In this document: one piece after another, positions 1 through 9,205 of the stretch
Layout: each line of letters opens with the position of its first letter
Numbering within the stretch: the first letter of the stretch is position 1
Made by a program: the position numbers and the translations under genes
The notes under the pieces: generated by a model
Database searches by the model: none
Told to the model about the DNA's origin: nothing
Seen by the model: only the letters and a program-made list of their open reading frames with translations
Assembly: GCA_965116495.1 (NCBI GenBank)
Contig: OZ220696.1
Span: 3,136,001 to 3,200,000, forward strand
Length of the DNA: 64,000 bases
Origin: Gammaproteobacteria bacterium
GTDB lineage: Bacteria; Pseudomonadota; Gammaproteobacteria; Eutrophobiales; Eutrophobiaceae
Reading direction: 5' to 3'

Positions 1-928
1 GCACGACCTGGTGCGGTCCATCAAGGGGTTTGAACGGACCCATATCACCCGTCCCGGCTACGCTATAGAGTATGATTATTTCGATCCCCGCGACCTGCAC
101 CCGTGGCTGGAGTCCAAGTTCATCTCCGGCCTGTTTTTTGCCGGACAGGTAAACGGTACGACCGGCTATGAAGAAGCGGCATGCCAGGGACTGCTGGCCG
201 GAATCAACGCGGCCCTGAGGATCGGACAGCATGAACCCTGGAGCCCGCGGCGCGACCAGGCCTATATCGGCGTGCTAATCGACGACCTGACCACCCGCGG
301 CGTTACCGAACCTTATCGCATGTTCACCAGCCGGGCGGAATACCGCCTGTTGCTGAGGGAGGACAACGCCGACCTGCGCCTGACCGGGGCCGGCCGTGAA
401 CTCGGCCTGGTGGATGATGAGAGGTGGCGCCGCTTCCAGCAGAGAAGCGAGGCCATCAGTACGGAACAGCAGCGCCTGGCTGCCACCTGGATAGCGGCCG
501 ATACCCTGCCTGCAGGTGTTGCCGAGGATTTGTTCGGGCAGCCGTTACACAAGGACGTCAACCTGCTGCAGTTGCTGCGCCGTCCCGGCGTCGGTTACGC
601 AGACCTGGCAGGGTTGCCTGGTTTCGAGCCTGCAGAAATCCCGCTGCATGTGGCAGAGCAGATCGAAGTGCAGGCCAAGTATCACGGTTATATCGAACGC
701 CAGCAACAGGATATTGCCCGCAACAGGCGGGATGAAGACACCCGCTTCCCCGACAACGTCGATTTTCTGTCGGTAACCGGCCTGTCGAACGAGGTGGCCC
801 ACAAGCTGTCGGCGCAGAGACCGGACACCCTGGGCCAGGCATCCCGCATCCCGGGGGTCACGCCTGCTGCCGTATCCCTGTTGCGAGTGTATTTAAAGAA
901 GCATTCCCTGTTAAAAAACGCCTCATAG
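1..928 (+). CDS. mnmG: tRNA uridine-5-carboxymethylaminomethyl(34) synthesis enzyme MnmG/GidA, C-terminal part (5' end outside window)
   Basis: Motifs [51 protein letters not shown] and [15 protein letters not shown]; lies upstream of rsmG. Confidence 0.97.
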   Translation, partial: HDLVRSIKGFERTHITRPGYAIEYDYFDPRDLHPWLESKFISGLFFAGQVNGTTGYEEAACQGLLAGINAALRIGQHEPWSPRRDQAYIGVLIDDLTTRGVTEPYRMFTSRAEYRLLLREDNADLRLTGAGRELGLVDDERWRRFQQRSEAISTEQQRLAATWIAADTLPAGVAEDLFGQPLHKDVNLLQLLRRPGVGYADLAGLPGFEPAEIPLHVAEQIEVQAKYHGYIERQQQDIARNRRDEDTRFPDNVDFLSVTGLSNEVAHKLSAQRPDTLGQASRIPGVTPAAVSLLRVYLKKHSLLKNAS

Positions 929-934
929 GAAACA

Positions 935-1007
935 TGGGGTCAGAGTAAAAAATTAGTCGGGATCTTTCCTTGAACCCGGATAACTGTGAAATTTTACTCT
1001 GACCCCA
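935..1007. repeat. REP/REPIN-like inverted doublet, family A (TGGGGTCAGAGTAAAA ... TTTTACTCTGACCCCA)
   Basis: Perfect 16-bp inverted arms at 935-950 and 992-1007; motif recurs at 2771, 5119, 6253, 58619 and 59088. Confidence 0.9.
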
Positions 1008-1035
1008 GATTTTCAATTCCGTTCCCTATTGTCCG

Positions 1036-1665
1036 TTGAACGAAGACCAGCTAATCCGACATCTGCACCAGGGCCTGACCGATCTGGGCCTTGACCCGCA
1101 GGCCTGTCCCTGCGACGCTTATCTTGAATATGTCAACCTGCTGGCAAAATGGAACCGTGCCTACAACCTGACGGGTGTGCGCGTGAAGACGCAGATGATC
1201 CATACTCACGTTATCGACAGTCTCGCCGTATTGCCTTATATCCGGGGAGACAGATGCCTGGACGTCGGCACCGGTGCGGGTCTGCCCGGTTTCATCCTGG
1301 CCCTTGCCCAACCGCAGCAGGCGTGGACGTTACTGGATTCAAACGGCAAGAAAATTCGTTTTTTACGCCAGCTCCTGTTTGAGATGAAGGTCGAAAACGT
1401 AGAGATCATCCAATCCAGGGCGGAGAAGTTCTTGTCATCCGTTACGTATTCATCCATTATTTCCAGGGCATTCGGTACATTGGACGTGTTCTACGGAGCC
1501 GTGGAGCATTTATTGCATCCGGGCACCAGGGTATTGGCGATGAAAGGTAAACTGCCGGATAATGAATTGCAGGGAGTTACCGGTTTGAAGAAATATATCT
1601 CAGTACACGATCTGCAGGTTCCCGGTATTGATGCGCATCGGAGCCTGGTGGTTTTGGAGCGATGA
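1036..1665 (+). CDS. rsmG: 16S rRNA m7G527 methyltransferase RsmG/GidB
   Basis: KWNRAYNLT, HVIDSL, LDVGTGAGLPG SAM motif, LLDSNGKKIRFL, SRAF; lies between mnmG and parA. Confidence 0.96.
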   Translation: MNEDQLIRHLHQGLTDLGLDPQACPCDAYLEYVNLLAKWNRAYNLTGVRVKTQMIHTHVIDSLAVLPYIRGDRCLDVGTGAGLPGFILALAQPQQAWTLLDSNGKKIRFLRQLLFEMKVENVEIIQSRAEKFLSSVTYSSIISRAFGTLDVFYGAVEHLLHPGTRVLAMKGKLPDNELQGVTGLKKYISVHDLQVPGIDAHRSLVVLER

Positions 1666-1675
1666 AAACGAGATT

Positions 1676-1918
1676 AACCCGGATTTCTCACCAGGCCGCT
1701 TGTTGCTATCGGACACATGTTTACTGTCAACGGATTATGGTAGTAGCCCCACTTTTTCGACATTACAGGTTGCGCTTGATGCGCCCTTGCTTGTCTTTTT
1801 TGCGCCAGTGGGCACGTGCTTCCTCAACCGTAGCTACGGCTATGCTTTCGGTCACAAGCACCCACTGGCGCAAAAAATCCAGCGCAATCATCGCATCACC
1901 TGGTGAGAAATCCGGGTT
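1676..1918. mobile_element. Non-autonomous MITE-like element (243 bp) with 20-bp terminal inverted repeats
   Basis: AACCCGGATTTCTCACCAGG (1676-1695) and CCTGGTGAGAAATCCGGGTT (1899-1918) are perfectly inverted; internal 17-bp IR at 1796-1812/1861-1877; related ends at 25944 and 55352. Confidence 0.8.
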
Positions 1919-1971
1919 TGGACTCTGTGTTGTGATCAGTGCCTGCACCGGCATGACGGGATGCTGACCGT

Positions 1972-2766
1972 ATGGGCTTGTTCGGCAAACAGGATGCCTT
2001 GATCATGGCGGTCACCAACCAGAAAGGCGGGGTGGGGAAAACAACGACCAGTGTCAACCTGGCTGCTTCCCTGGCCTCGGCCAAACGCAAGGTGTTGCTC
2101 ATCGACCTGGACCCCCAGGGAAATGCCACCATGGGAAGCGGCATCGATAAAACCGGGGTGGAGTATACCGGCTATGACATCCTGGCTGGAACCATGCGCC
2201 TGGCGGAAGTACTGGTACCGGCGCCGGAATGCGGCTACGACCTGGTGCCGGGCAACGCCGACCTGACCGGCGCGGAAGTGGCCCTGCTGAAAGAAAAGGC
2301 CAGGAGCGACTGCTTGCGCAAGGCTGTCAAACCGGTCCGCTCCCGTTACCAGTTCATTATCATCGACTGCCCGCCCTCGTTGAACATGCTGACGGTGAAC
2401 GCACTGGTTGCCGCCGATACCGTTATCATTCCGATACAATGCGAGTATTACGCCCTGGAAGGTTTATCGGCCCTGCTGGACACGATCGAAAAAATTCGCA
2501 AGTATCATAACCCGCAACTCAGGATAGGCGGGCTGTTGCGCACCATGTATGATGCGCGTAACAACTTGTCCGGCCAGGTATCGGAACAATTGCTGAAACA
2601 CTTTGGCGACAAGGTATACAAGACCATCATCCCGCGCAATGTGCGCCTGGCGGAGGCCCCCAGTCATGGCCTGCCCGTTATAAAATATGACAGGACTTCG
2701 CGCGGCGCGATTGCTTATCTCAGCCTCGCCAGTGAAATGGTGAACCGGGAAGAAAAGGCGGCATAA
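1972..2766 (+). CDS. parA: Chromosome partitioning ATPase ParA/Soj
   Basis: Deviant Walker A NQKGGVGKTT, DLDPQGNAT, IIDCPPSL, IPRNVRLAEAPSHG. Confidence 0.96.
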   Translation: MGLFGKQDALIMAVTNQKGGVGKTTTSVNLAASLASAKRKVLLIDLDPQGNATMGSGIDKTGVEYTGYDILAGTMRLAEVLVPAPECGYDLVPGNADLTGAEVALLKEKARSDCLRKAVKPVRSRYQFIIIDCPPSLNMLTVNALVAADTVIIPIQCEYYALEGLSALLDTIEKIRKYHNPQLRIGGLLRTMYDARNNLSGQVSEQLLKHFGDKVYKTIIPRNVRLAEAPSHGLPVIKYDRTSRGAIAYLSLASEMVNREEKAA

Positions 2767-2851
2767 TATTTGGGGTCAGAGTAAAAACTCATGATAGGTC
2801 TTACCCTATCGCAACAGGCCACACTCGAGTTTTTACACTGACCCCAAATAT
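2766..2851. repeat. REP/REPIN-like inverted doublet, family A
   Basis: 25-bp arms ATATTTGGGGTCAGAGTAAAAACTC (2766-2790) and GAGTTTTTACACTGACCCCAAATAT (2827-2851), one mismatch. Confidence 0.9.
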
Positions 2852-2883
2852 CATCCCAAATCTGCAATTTCAGGAAAATATAA

Positions 2884-3759
2884 ATGAGTACAAGAAAACG
2901 AGGATTGGGCAGGGGACTGGAGGCTTTATTGGGTCCCGTATCTGTAACCGGCAGCGCGGTCGACGATCGCGCAGAGGAATTACGTACCCTGCCGGTCGAA
3001 TTATTGCAACGGGGCGCCAACCAGCCGCGTACGGATTTTGACAAGGAGGCCTTGCAGGAACTGGCGGAGTCCATCAAGGCGCAGGGCGTGCTCCAGCCGG
3101 TCATGGTCAGGCCGCTGGATGATTCAGGAAAATATGAGATCATCGCCGGCGAACGGCGCTGGCGCGCGGCACAGCTTGCAGGATTGCACGAGATCCCCGC
3201 GGTGGTGAGAGAACTGGACGATCAAACCGCAATGTGTATCGCGCTCATAGAGAATATCCAGAGGGAAGACCTCAACCCGCTGGAGCAGGCCCGCGGCCTG
3301 GCGCGCCTGGCGGAGGAATTCGATATGACCCATGATGACATAGCCGGGTCGGTGGGGCGCTCGCGCTCTGCGGTGACCAACATGTTGCGCCTGCTGGAGT
3401 TGTGTGATGATGTGAAACGCTTACTGGAAAGCCGGCAACTGGAGATGGGTCATGCCCGCGCCCTGCTCACCCTGAGCGAGCAACAACAGAAATGGGCGGC
3501 GCAGCAAATCATCAAGTCAGGTTTGTCGGTACGGGGCGCCGAGTCACTGGCGCGCCGCCTGCAGAGAGCGAAGACCGTACTGAAACCCCGGCAGGGCCGG
3601 GTTGACCCCGACGTCAGGCTGCTGGAGACCGAGTTGTCCGAACAACTGGGGGCAGCCGTTACCATACAACAGAGAAAGCAGGGTAAAGGTATGCTACGCA
3701 TCGCTTACGATTCCCTGGCGCAACTGGACGGTATCCTGGACAAGATCCGCAAAAAATGA
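2884..3759 (+). CDS. parB: Chromosome partitioning protein ParB/Spo0J
   Basis: GLGRGLEALL, QPR, IIAGERRWRAA, LIENIQREDL, HTH GRSRSAVTN. Confidence 0.97.
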   Translation: MSTRKRGLGRGLEALLGPVSVTGSAVDDRAEELRTLPVELLQRGANQPRTDFDKEALQELAESIKAQGVLQPVMVRPLDDSGKYEIIAGERRWRAAQLAGLHEIPAVVRELDDQTAMCIALIENIQREDLNPLEQARGLARLAEEFDMTHDDIAGSVGRSRSAVTNMLRLLELCDDVKRLLESRQLEMGHARALLTLSEQQQKWAAQQIIKSGLSVRGAESLARRLQRAKTVLKPRQGRVDPDVRLLETELSEQLGAAVTIQQRKQGKGMLRIAYDSLAQLDGILDKIRKK

Positions 3760-3798
3760 ACGCAGTGGGGTCCTGCCTTCGTCATTTACGAAAGTTTA

Positions 3799-3861
3799 TC
3801 CCTGCGAAGGCAGGGACCAGAATCCAATGAAATAAAGGGTCGCCCCCCGCCTTCGCGGGGG
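3799..3861. repeat. Pair of GC-rich hairpins (family C REP-like); possible terminator for parB
   Basis: TCCCTGC-GAAG-GCAGGGA (3799-3816) and CCCCCGC-CTTC-GCGGGGG (3844-3861), with loops in opposite orientation. Confidence 0.6.
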
Positions 3862-3952
3862 CCGGCTTCCCGGTCCTGGAACGAGGCTGCATGGGATTGG
3901 ATGCACTGATAATCCATAAGACGGAAAGGTTCAATAAGGATAAAATGACAGT

Positions 3953-5110
3953 ATGAATTCGGAAAACGGCGTTGATGACCTGAACATTACCCTGGGGGTG
4001 GAAGAAGAGTTTTTCCTGGTGGATCCGGAATCCAGGGATTTGCTGGCAGATCCGGACCCGCAGATTTTCGAGACCTGCAAGGCGAACCAGGGACCCCACA
4101 AGGTAGTGCATGAATTCCTGCGCTCCCAGATTGAGATTAGTACCCGTGTCTGCGCATCGGTGGACGACGTACGCAGCGCGTTGATGGAAACCCGCCGGGT
4201 CATTATTGACGGCGCCGCGCAATACGGCGCTGCGGCGCTGGCCTCCTCCACCCACCCCTTCGCGGCATGGGATGTGCAGTTGCCCACGGCGAATGAGCGC
4301 TATGAAAGCTTTGCAAATATATTCCAGGAAAGTGTCAGGCGCCTGTTGATCGGCGGACTGCACATCCACGCCGGTTTCGGTGATGCGGAACTACGCATCC
4401 GGGTCATGACCGCGCTGCGGCGTTACCTGCCGCTGCTGAATGCGCTGTCCGCCTCGTCTCCTTTCAGCGGCGGGCGGGATACCGGTTTCAAATGCGGCCG
4501 TCTCAACCTGCTGGCGGTGCTGCCCCGTAGCAGCATGCCCAGGGCACTATTTTCGATGGCGGAATACGACCGCCTGGTGCAGGATTATCAACGCCTTGAA
4601 TTTATCAGTGACGGCAGTGAACTGTGGTGGGATATACGCCCGTCCCATGCGTATCCCACGGTTGAAGTTCGTATTTGCGATATCTGCCCGCGCCTGGAGG
4701 ACGCAATGGGTATGGTGGCGTTGTACGCCTGTCTGGTGCGCTGGTTGTTGAGGCTGGCGCGGGAAGACAGGCTGCCACCCGAACCGCCCACTGAAATCCT
4801 TGCCGAAAACATCTGGCTCGCACAGCGCTACGGTGTACTGGCTTTTCTCGGAGACACCATGAACGGCGGACGCGCGGACATTGCCGACATGGTGACCCGG
4901 CTGGTGGACGACCTCGGTACAGATGCCAGGGCGCTGGACTGCGAAAATGAATTGCAACATATTCTGGATATCATCCGGGAAGGCGCCAGCGCAGACAGAC
5001 AAATCGACTGTTACCGCCTGCGTCTCCTGGACGGCGCCACAAACGAGGAAGCTTTGCGTTCGGTCGTGGACATGACGCTGGCTGAAACTGCAGCAGGAAT
5101 AGTGGAATAG
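3953..5110 (+). CDS. Carboxylate-amine ligase, YbdK/GCS2 family (glutamate--cysteine ligase-like)
   Basis: TLGVEEEFFLVD, GLHIHAG, ALSASSPF, LWWDIRPS, PTVEVRICD. Confidence 0.92.
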   Translation: MNSENGVDDLNITLGVEEEFFLVDPESRDLLADPDPQIFETCKANQGPHKVVHEFLRSQIEISTRVCASVDDVRSALMETRRVIIDGAAQYGAAALASSTHPFAAWDVQLPTANERYESFANIFQESVRRLLIGGLHIHAGFGDAELRIRVMTALRRYLPLLNALSASSPFSGGRDTGFKCGRLNLLAVLPRSSMPRALFSMAEYDRLVQDYQRLEFISDGSELWWDIRPSHAYPTVEVRICDICPRLEDAMGMVALYACLVRWLLRLAREDRLPPEPPTEILAENIWLAQRYGVLAFLGDTMNGGRADIADMVTRLVDDLGTDARALDCENELQHILDIIREGASADRQIDCYRLRLLDGATNEEALRSVVDMTLAETAAGIVE

Positions 5111-5118
5111 ATACCGAC

Positions 5119-5160
5119 GGGGTCAGAGTAAAAACAGTTCAGAATCTTTACTTTGACACC
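5119..5160. repeat. REP-like doublet, family A (degenerate right arm)
   Basis: GGGGTCAGAGTAAAAA (5119-5134) and TTTACTTTGACACC (5147-5160). Confidence 0.75.
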
Positions 5161-5175
5161 TGAGTGCATGCTCAC

Positions 5176-6246
5176 ATGAAACCAGCCAGAAAAATTCTGA
5201 AAGGCAGGGGCACCTCCTCAAAGATCGATGCCCGGTTTCTGGCCCATCAGCGGGATGAGATTGATGACGGCTGGACTCCGGAACCGCAAGCCGATGCGGT
5301 CCCCACGGAAATCTTCCAGGAAACCCCGCGCACGATAATTACCCGCAACTCGTCCCCGGATATCCCGTTTGAAACCTCCATCAATCCTTACCGTGGTTGC
5401 GAGCACGGTTGTGTCTACTGTTACGCCCGTCCTAGCCATGCTTACGTGGATCTTTCGCCCGGACTCGATTTTGAAACCAAAATTTTTGCAAAAACCAATG
5501 CGGCGGAATTGTTGAGAAACGAGTTGGGGAAACCCCGCTACGTCTGTAAACCCATCGCCATGGGAACAAATACGGACCCGTATCAACCCATGGAACGGCG
5601 GCTTCATATCACCAGGGACATAATCCAGGTATTGCATGATTGCCGGCACCCGTTGTCCATCGTCACCAAATCCGCGTTGGTTGAGAGAGACCTGGATCTG
5701 CTGCAGCCCATGGCCGAGCGAAATTTGGTCAAGGTATTCGTATCCATCACCTCGCTGCGAAATGACCTGTCCCGGCGCCTGGAGCCTCGCACTGCCTCAC
5801 CCGGCCGCCGCCTGAAAGCTTTGGATGCCCTGAAACGCGCCGGCGTGCCCGCAGGCGTCATGTTTGCGCCGGTAATACCTTTTATCAATGACGCGGAAAT
5901 GGAAACCGTACTGGAACGAGCCGCGGCGGCCGGCGCCGGGATGGCGGGATATGTCATATTGCGCTTGCCGAACGAGGTTAAACAACTGTTCCGTGAATGG
6001 CTGGAAACCCATGAACCGGGTAAAACGGAACACGTGTTCAGCATCATCCGCGATTTGAGGTCGGGACGCGAAAATGACCCCGAATATTTCACCCGCATGC
6101 GCGGCCAGGGTGTTTACGCCGAGCTGGTCCGAAACCGTTTTCAAAACGCCTGCAGGAAATTCGGGCTGAACAATGACGGCGGCAAATTGAATACCGGATT
6201 GTTTGAACCGCCTGTTACGGCAGATCCTCAGCAATCCTTGTTCTAG
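5176..6246 (+). CDS. PA0069/Rv2578c-family radical SAM protein (SPL-like, putative DNA repair)
   Basis: SINPYRGCEHGCVYCYAR (CxxxCxxC), SPGLDFETKI, GTNTDPYQP; ATG at 5176 chosen over GTG at 5164. Confidence 0.9.
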   Translation: MKPARKILKGRGTSSKIDARFLAHQRDEIDDGWTPEPQADAVPTEIFQETPRTIITRNSSPDIPFETSINPYRGCEHGCVYCYARPSHAYVDLSPGLDFETKIFAKTNAAELLRNELGKPRYVCKPIAMGTNTDPYQPMERRLHITRDIIQVLHDCRHPLSIVTKSALVERDLDLLQPMAERNLVKVFVSITSLRNDLSRRLEPRTASPGRRLKALDALKRAGVPAGVMFAPVIPFINDAEMETVLERAAAAGAGMAGYVILRLPNEVKQLFREWLETHEPGKTEHVFSIIRDLRSGRENDPEYFTRMRGQGVYAELVRNRFQNACRKFGLNNDGGKLNTGLFEPPVTADPQQSLF

Positions 6247-6252
6247 AAAACC

Positions 6253-6320
6253 GGGGTCAGAGTAAAGTCACCCGATACTATGCCAGCAACTGCGATGACT
6301 GCGATTTTACTCTGACCCCA
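6253..6320. repeat. REP/REPIN-like inverted doublet, family A
   Basis: GGGGTCAGAGTAAA (6253-6266) and TTTTACTCTGACCCCA (6305-6320). Confidence 0.88.
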
Positions 6321-6395
6321 AACATCTTGCGCGGTAAAAGCGTGCGTGATAGCGTGCACCGTATCCGTGTATCTTTACCCCTGAGGGATAATATA

Positions 6396-8930
6396 ATGGC
6401 TATCGTCAACCGCCAATTTATACCGAGCTCATTGTTTATCTGCTTGGTGGTCTCTATTTCCTGGCCTGGGCAACCTGTGTATGCCCAGGCAGAGGAAGAA
6501 CTGGTCATTGAGGAAATCATCACCATCGGCAGCCGCAGCCAGAGGCCCCGTTCGGCAGTGACTTCCACTGCGCCGGTCGACGTATTGTCCGAGGAGGATT
6601 TCAACCGTATCGGCAACGGCGCGGATATCACCGACAACCTCAGAGCGTTGACGCCATCCTATAACGCCACGACGGCATCAGGCGACCAGGATACCTTCGT
6701 GCGGCCGGTCTCCCTGCGCGGCCTGGCGCCGGACCAGACCCTGGTCCTGGTCAACGGCAAGCGCCGGCACCGGGCGGCGCTGGTTGCCGAGTTCACTCCC
6801 GGCGCGGGCAAGGGCGCGCACGGCCCCAATATCGGCATGATACCGAGCATCGCCATAAAGAACGTGGAGATACTGCGGGACGGCGCGGCTGCCCAGTACG
6901 GTGCCGACGCCATCGCCGGGGTCATAAACTTCCAGATGAAGGACGCCGCGGAAGGCGGCGCGTTGCGGGTCCGGTACGGCGAATTTTACCAGGATGAACA
7001 GAGCTACAAGGTGGAAGGCAATATCGGTCTTCCCCTGGGCGACAACGGTTTCATCAACGCGAGCGTGGAATACTCCGATAATGACGCGCTGTCGCGCGGC
7101 CACCAGCGTCCCAATGCACAGACGCTGATCGATAACGGTGTGCAGGTTGGCGCGGACACCCCGTTCGACGACGAGCCGTTCGCCCAGACCTGGGGTCGCC
7201 CGCAAACCGAGAATATACTTCTGTTCGTCAATGCCGGAGTCGATATCAGCGACGATGCCGAACTCTACATGCACGGCAATTACGCGGAAACCGACGGGCG
7301 TTACCGGTTCTTTTTCCGCAACCCGGAATTCCCGTTGGGCTGCAGTCTCAGCGCCAGCACGACGCCCTGTGCGGTAGAACCACACTCGCATCTCAGGCCC
7401 CTGCGTGAAGCGGGTCTGCGCGGCCTGCCCGCAGGCTTTACCCCGTTCTTCGATGGCGACCACACCGATTTCAGCGTGGTCGGCGGTATCAGGGGCGATG
7501 TCAACGGCCTGTATTACGATGTCAGCGTCGGTTATGGCGAAGATGAACTGGATTTCCTGCTGAACAACACCATCAGCCGCGACCCGGCGCTGGCAGCCAA
7601 TGCCGACGGCAGCCCCGGCCAGCGCGATTTTGACGTGGGCGCTTGGACCCAGGAGGAGATCAACGTCAACGCGGACCTGTCGAAACAGTTGACCGACCGG
7701 CTGCACTTCGCCATAGGCGCCGAGTGGCGCGAGGAAACCTTCGTCATCACGCCCGGCGAGCCGTCCTCCTACTCGGGCGCGGGAGCTAGCGGCTTCAAGG
7801 GCTTTGTGCCCGGGGATTCAGGTTCATTCTCGCGGGAAAACCACGCAATATACGGTGAACTGGAGTTCGAGGTGACCGACAGGATGCTGATGCAGTACGC
7901 GCTGCGTTACGAGGATTTTTCCGATTTCGGCAGTACCGTTAACGGCAAGCTGGCGGCGCGCTACGACCTGTTCGACTCGCTGGCCCTGCGCGGCGCCATT
8001 TCCACAGGGTTCCATGCACCGACGCCGGGCCAGTCCAATGTCCGTAAAGTGACCACCACCTTCGATGCCAACCTTAACGTATCGGTGGAAGAGGGGACCC
8101 TCCCGCCGGATCATCCCCTGGTGCAGGTTGCCGGCGGCGCGCCCCTGAAGGAGGAACAGTCAGTCAATCTCAGCCTGGGTTTTGCCGCCGACCTCACGGA
8201 CCTGCTGGGCGGCATTGACACATCGTTGACCGTGGATATCTACCGGATAAAAATCGATGACCGTATCTACAAGACCAGCGGCGCTTTTCCCGCCCCGCAC
8301 CCTGACAGCATCACAAATGACTGTAACGACATCAGGGCGTTGTGCACCAATATTTCTTTCTTTACCAACGCGCTGGACATGGAATCCGAGGGTGTGGACG
8401 TGGTCCTGACCTCCGCCCTGGACTGGAGCGATGCGGTCAGCACGGACTTCAGCTTTGCCTTCAGCTACAACGAAATCGACGTGACCGGTCAGAGCGAGAT
8501 TAACGGCCAGAAACCCGTATCGGCTGCGGACGTGGAGGATATCGAAAACAGCTACCCGAACGAGCGGTTTGTCGTCAGCGCTTTTACGACATTCACGGAT
8601 AAGCTGGACCTGATGATACGCGCTAACTATTACGGGTCGCACTACGACCAGCGCGGGACGATTGACGGGCCGTCCCCCTCCGCCAAAGTCGGTTCGGTAG
8701 TTTTCGTCGACCTGGAACTGGGCTACAACTTCAACGACAACCTGCGCTTCCTGGTTGGTGGGTCCAACGTATTCGACGAGTTCGTCGACAAGATCCGTCC
8801 GACGGACACCTGCGGCAGCCAGGGATTGACCTGCGCCAACCGCTGGAGCCAGGGTATGCCCTATGCCCGTCGCGCCGCGGCGAACTACGAAGGCGGTTCC
8901 TGGTACGTGCGGGCGGGTTACAGCTGGTAG
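6396..8930 (+). CDS. TonB-dependent outer membrane receptor
   Basis: Signal peptide, TonB-box-like EEIITIGSR, plug motifs LRGLAPDQTLVLVNGKRRH and EILRDGAAAQYGADAIAGVINF, C-terminal aromatic residue (GYSW); GAGG upstream of ATG 6396. Confidence 0.93.
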   Translation: MAIVNRQFIPSSLFICLVVSISWPGQPVYAQAEEELVIEEIITIGSRSQRPRSAVTSTAPVDVLSEEDFNRIGNGADITDNLRALTPSYNATTASGDQDTFVRPVSLRGLAPDQTLVLVNGKRRHRAALVAEFTPGAGKGAHGPNIGMIPSIAIKNVEILRDGAAAQYGADAIAGVINFQMKDAAEGGALRVRYGEFYQDEQSYKVEGNIGLPLGDNGFINASVEYSDNDALSRGHQRPNAQTLIDNGVQVGADTPFDDEPFAQTWGRPQTENILLFVNAGVDISDDAELYMHGNYAETDGRYRFFFRNPEFPLGCSLSASTTPCAVEPHSHLRPLREAGLRGLPAGFTPFFDGDHTDFSVVGGIRGDVNGLYYDVSVGYGEDELDFLLNNTISRDPALAANADGSPGQRDFDVGAWTQEEINVNADLSKQLTDRLHFAIGAEWREETFVITPGEPSSYSGAGASGFKGFVPGDSGSFSRENHAIYGELEFEVTDRMLMQYALRYEDFSDFGSTVNGKLAARYDLFDSLALRGAISTGFHAPTPGQSNVRKVTTTFDANLNVSVEEGTLPPDHPLVQVAGGAPLKEEQSVNLSLGFAADLTDLLGGIDTSLTVDIYRIKIDDRIYKTSGAFPAPHPDSITNDCNDIRALCTNISFFTNALDMESEGVDVVLTSALDWSDAVSTDFSFAFSYNEIDVTGQSEINGQKPVSAADVEDIENSYPNERFVVSAFTTFTDKLDLMIRANYYGSHYDQRGTIDGPSPSAKVGSVVFVDLELGYNFNDNLRFLVGGSNVFDEFVDKIRPTDTCGSQGLTCANRWSQGMPYARRAAANYEGGSWYVRAGYSW

Positions 8931-8943
8931 AGCCTGAGCAACC

Positions 8944-8970
8944 CGTCATCTGGCGAAAGCCGGAACCCAG
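8944..8970 (+). repeat. Short palindromic repeat, family C (CGTCATTCC-GCGNANGC-GGAATCCAG type)
   Basis: CGTCATCTGGCGAAAGCCGGAACCCAG between convergent genes; similar to 11455, 17540 and 47285. Confidence 0.65.
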
Positions 8971-8974
8971 GGAA

Positions 8975-9205
8975 TCAATCTGTCACCTGGCGCGACACAA
9001 TATCATAATGCCGGGTTTGAGATGAGCCTCGAAGGTAATAAAGTCTCTGAGGCTGCGCGGTCTCAGCAGCACTTGCAGGCGCGCCAGCCTCAATGAACGT
9101 GACCATGTCTCCATCGAAGCAGGCGTCGTAGACGCGATCACCCTCCATCACTCCAACGCGAGCGCCATGCTCACTCGTAAAGGTCACGTATTTTATAGCA
9201 GACAT
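8975..9205 (-). pseudogene. Truncated fumarylacetoacetate-hydrolase-family gene (N-terminal fragment)
   Basis: KYVTF..GARVGVMEGDRVYDACFDGDMVTFIEAGAP resembles the FAH-family N-terminus; the frame then runs into unrelated sequence and ends at 76 aa; start overlaps the upstream stop codon. Confidence 0.55.

Noticed and set aside
1662-1967. Short ORFs across the rsmG-parA gap
   Set aside because: They lie within the MITE and have no protein-like features.
1-4000. parS site or oriC near parAB
   Set aside because: No TGTTTCACGTGAAACA-like palindrome or DnaA-box cluster noticed; oriC would be expected upstream of mnmG, outside the window.
935-6320. Recurrent GGGGTCAGAGTAAA as a CRISPR array or integron attC sites
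   Set aside because: Copies are inverted pairs kilobases apart between housekeeping genes, with no regular spacers, cas genes, integrase or RYYYAAC/GTTRRRY cores.
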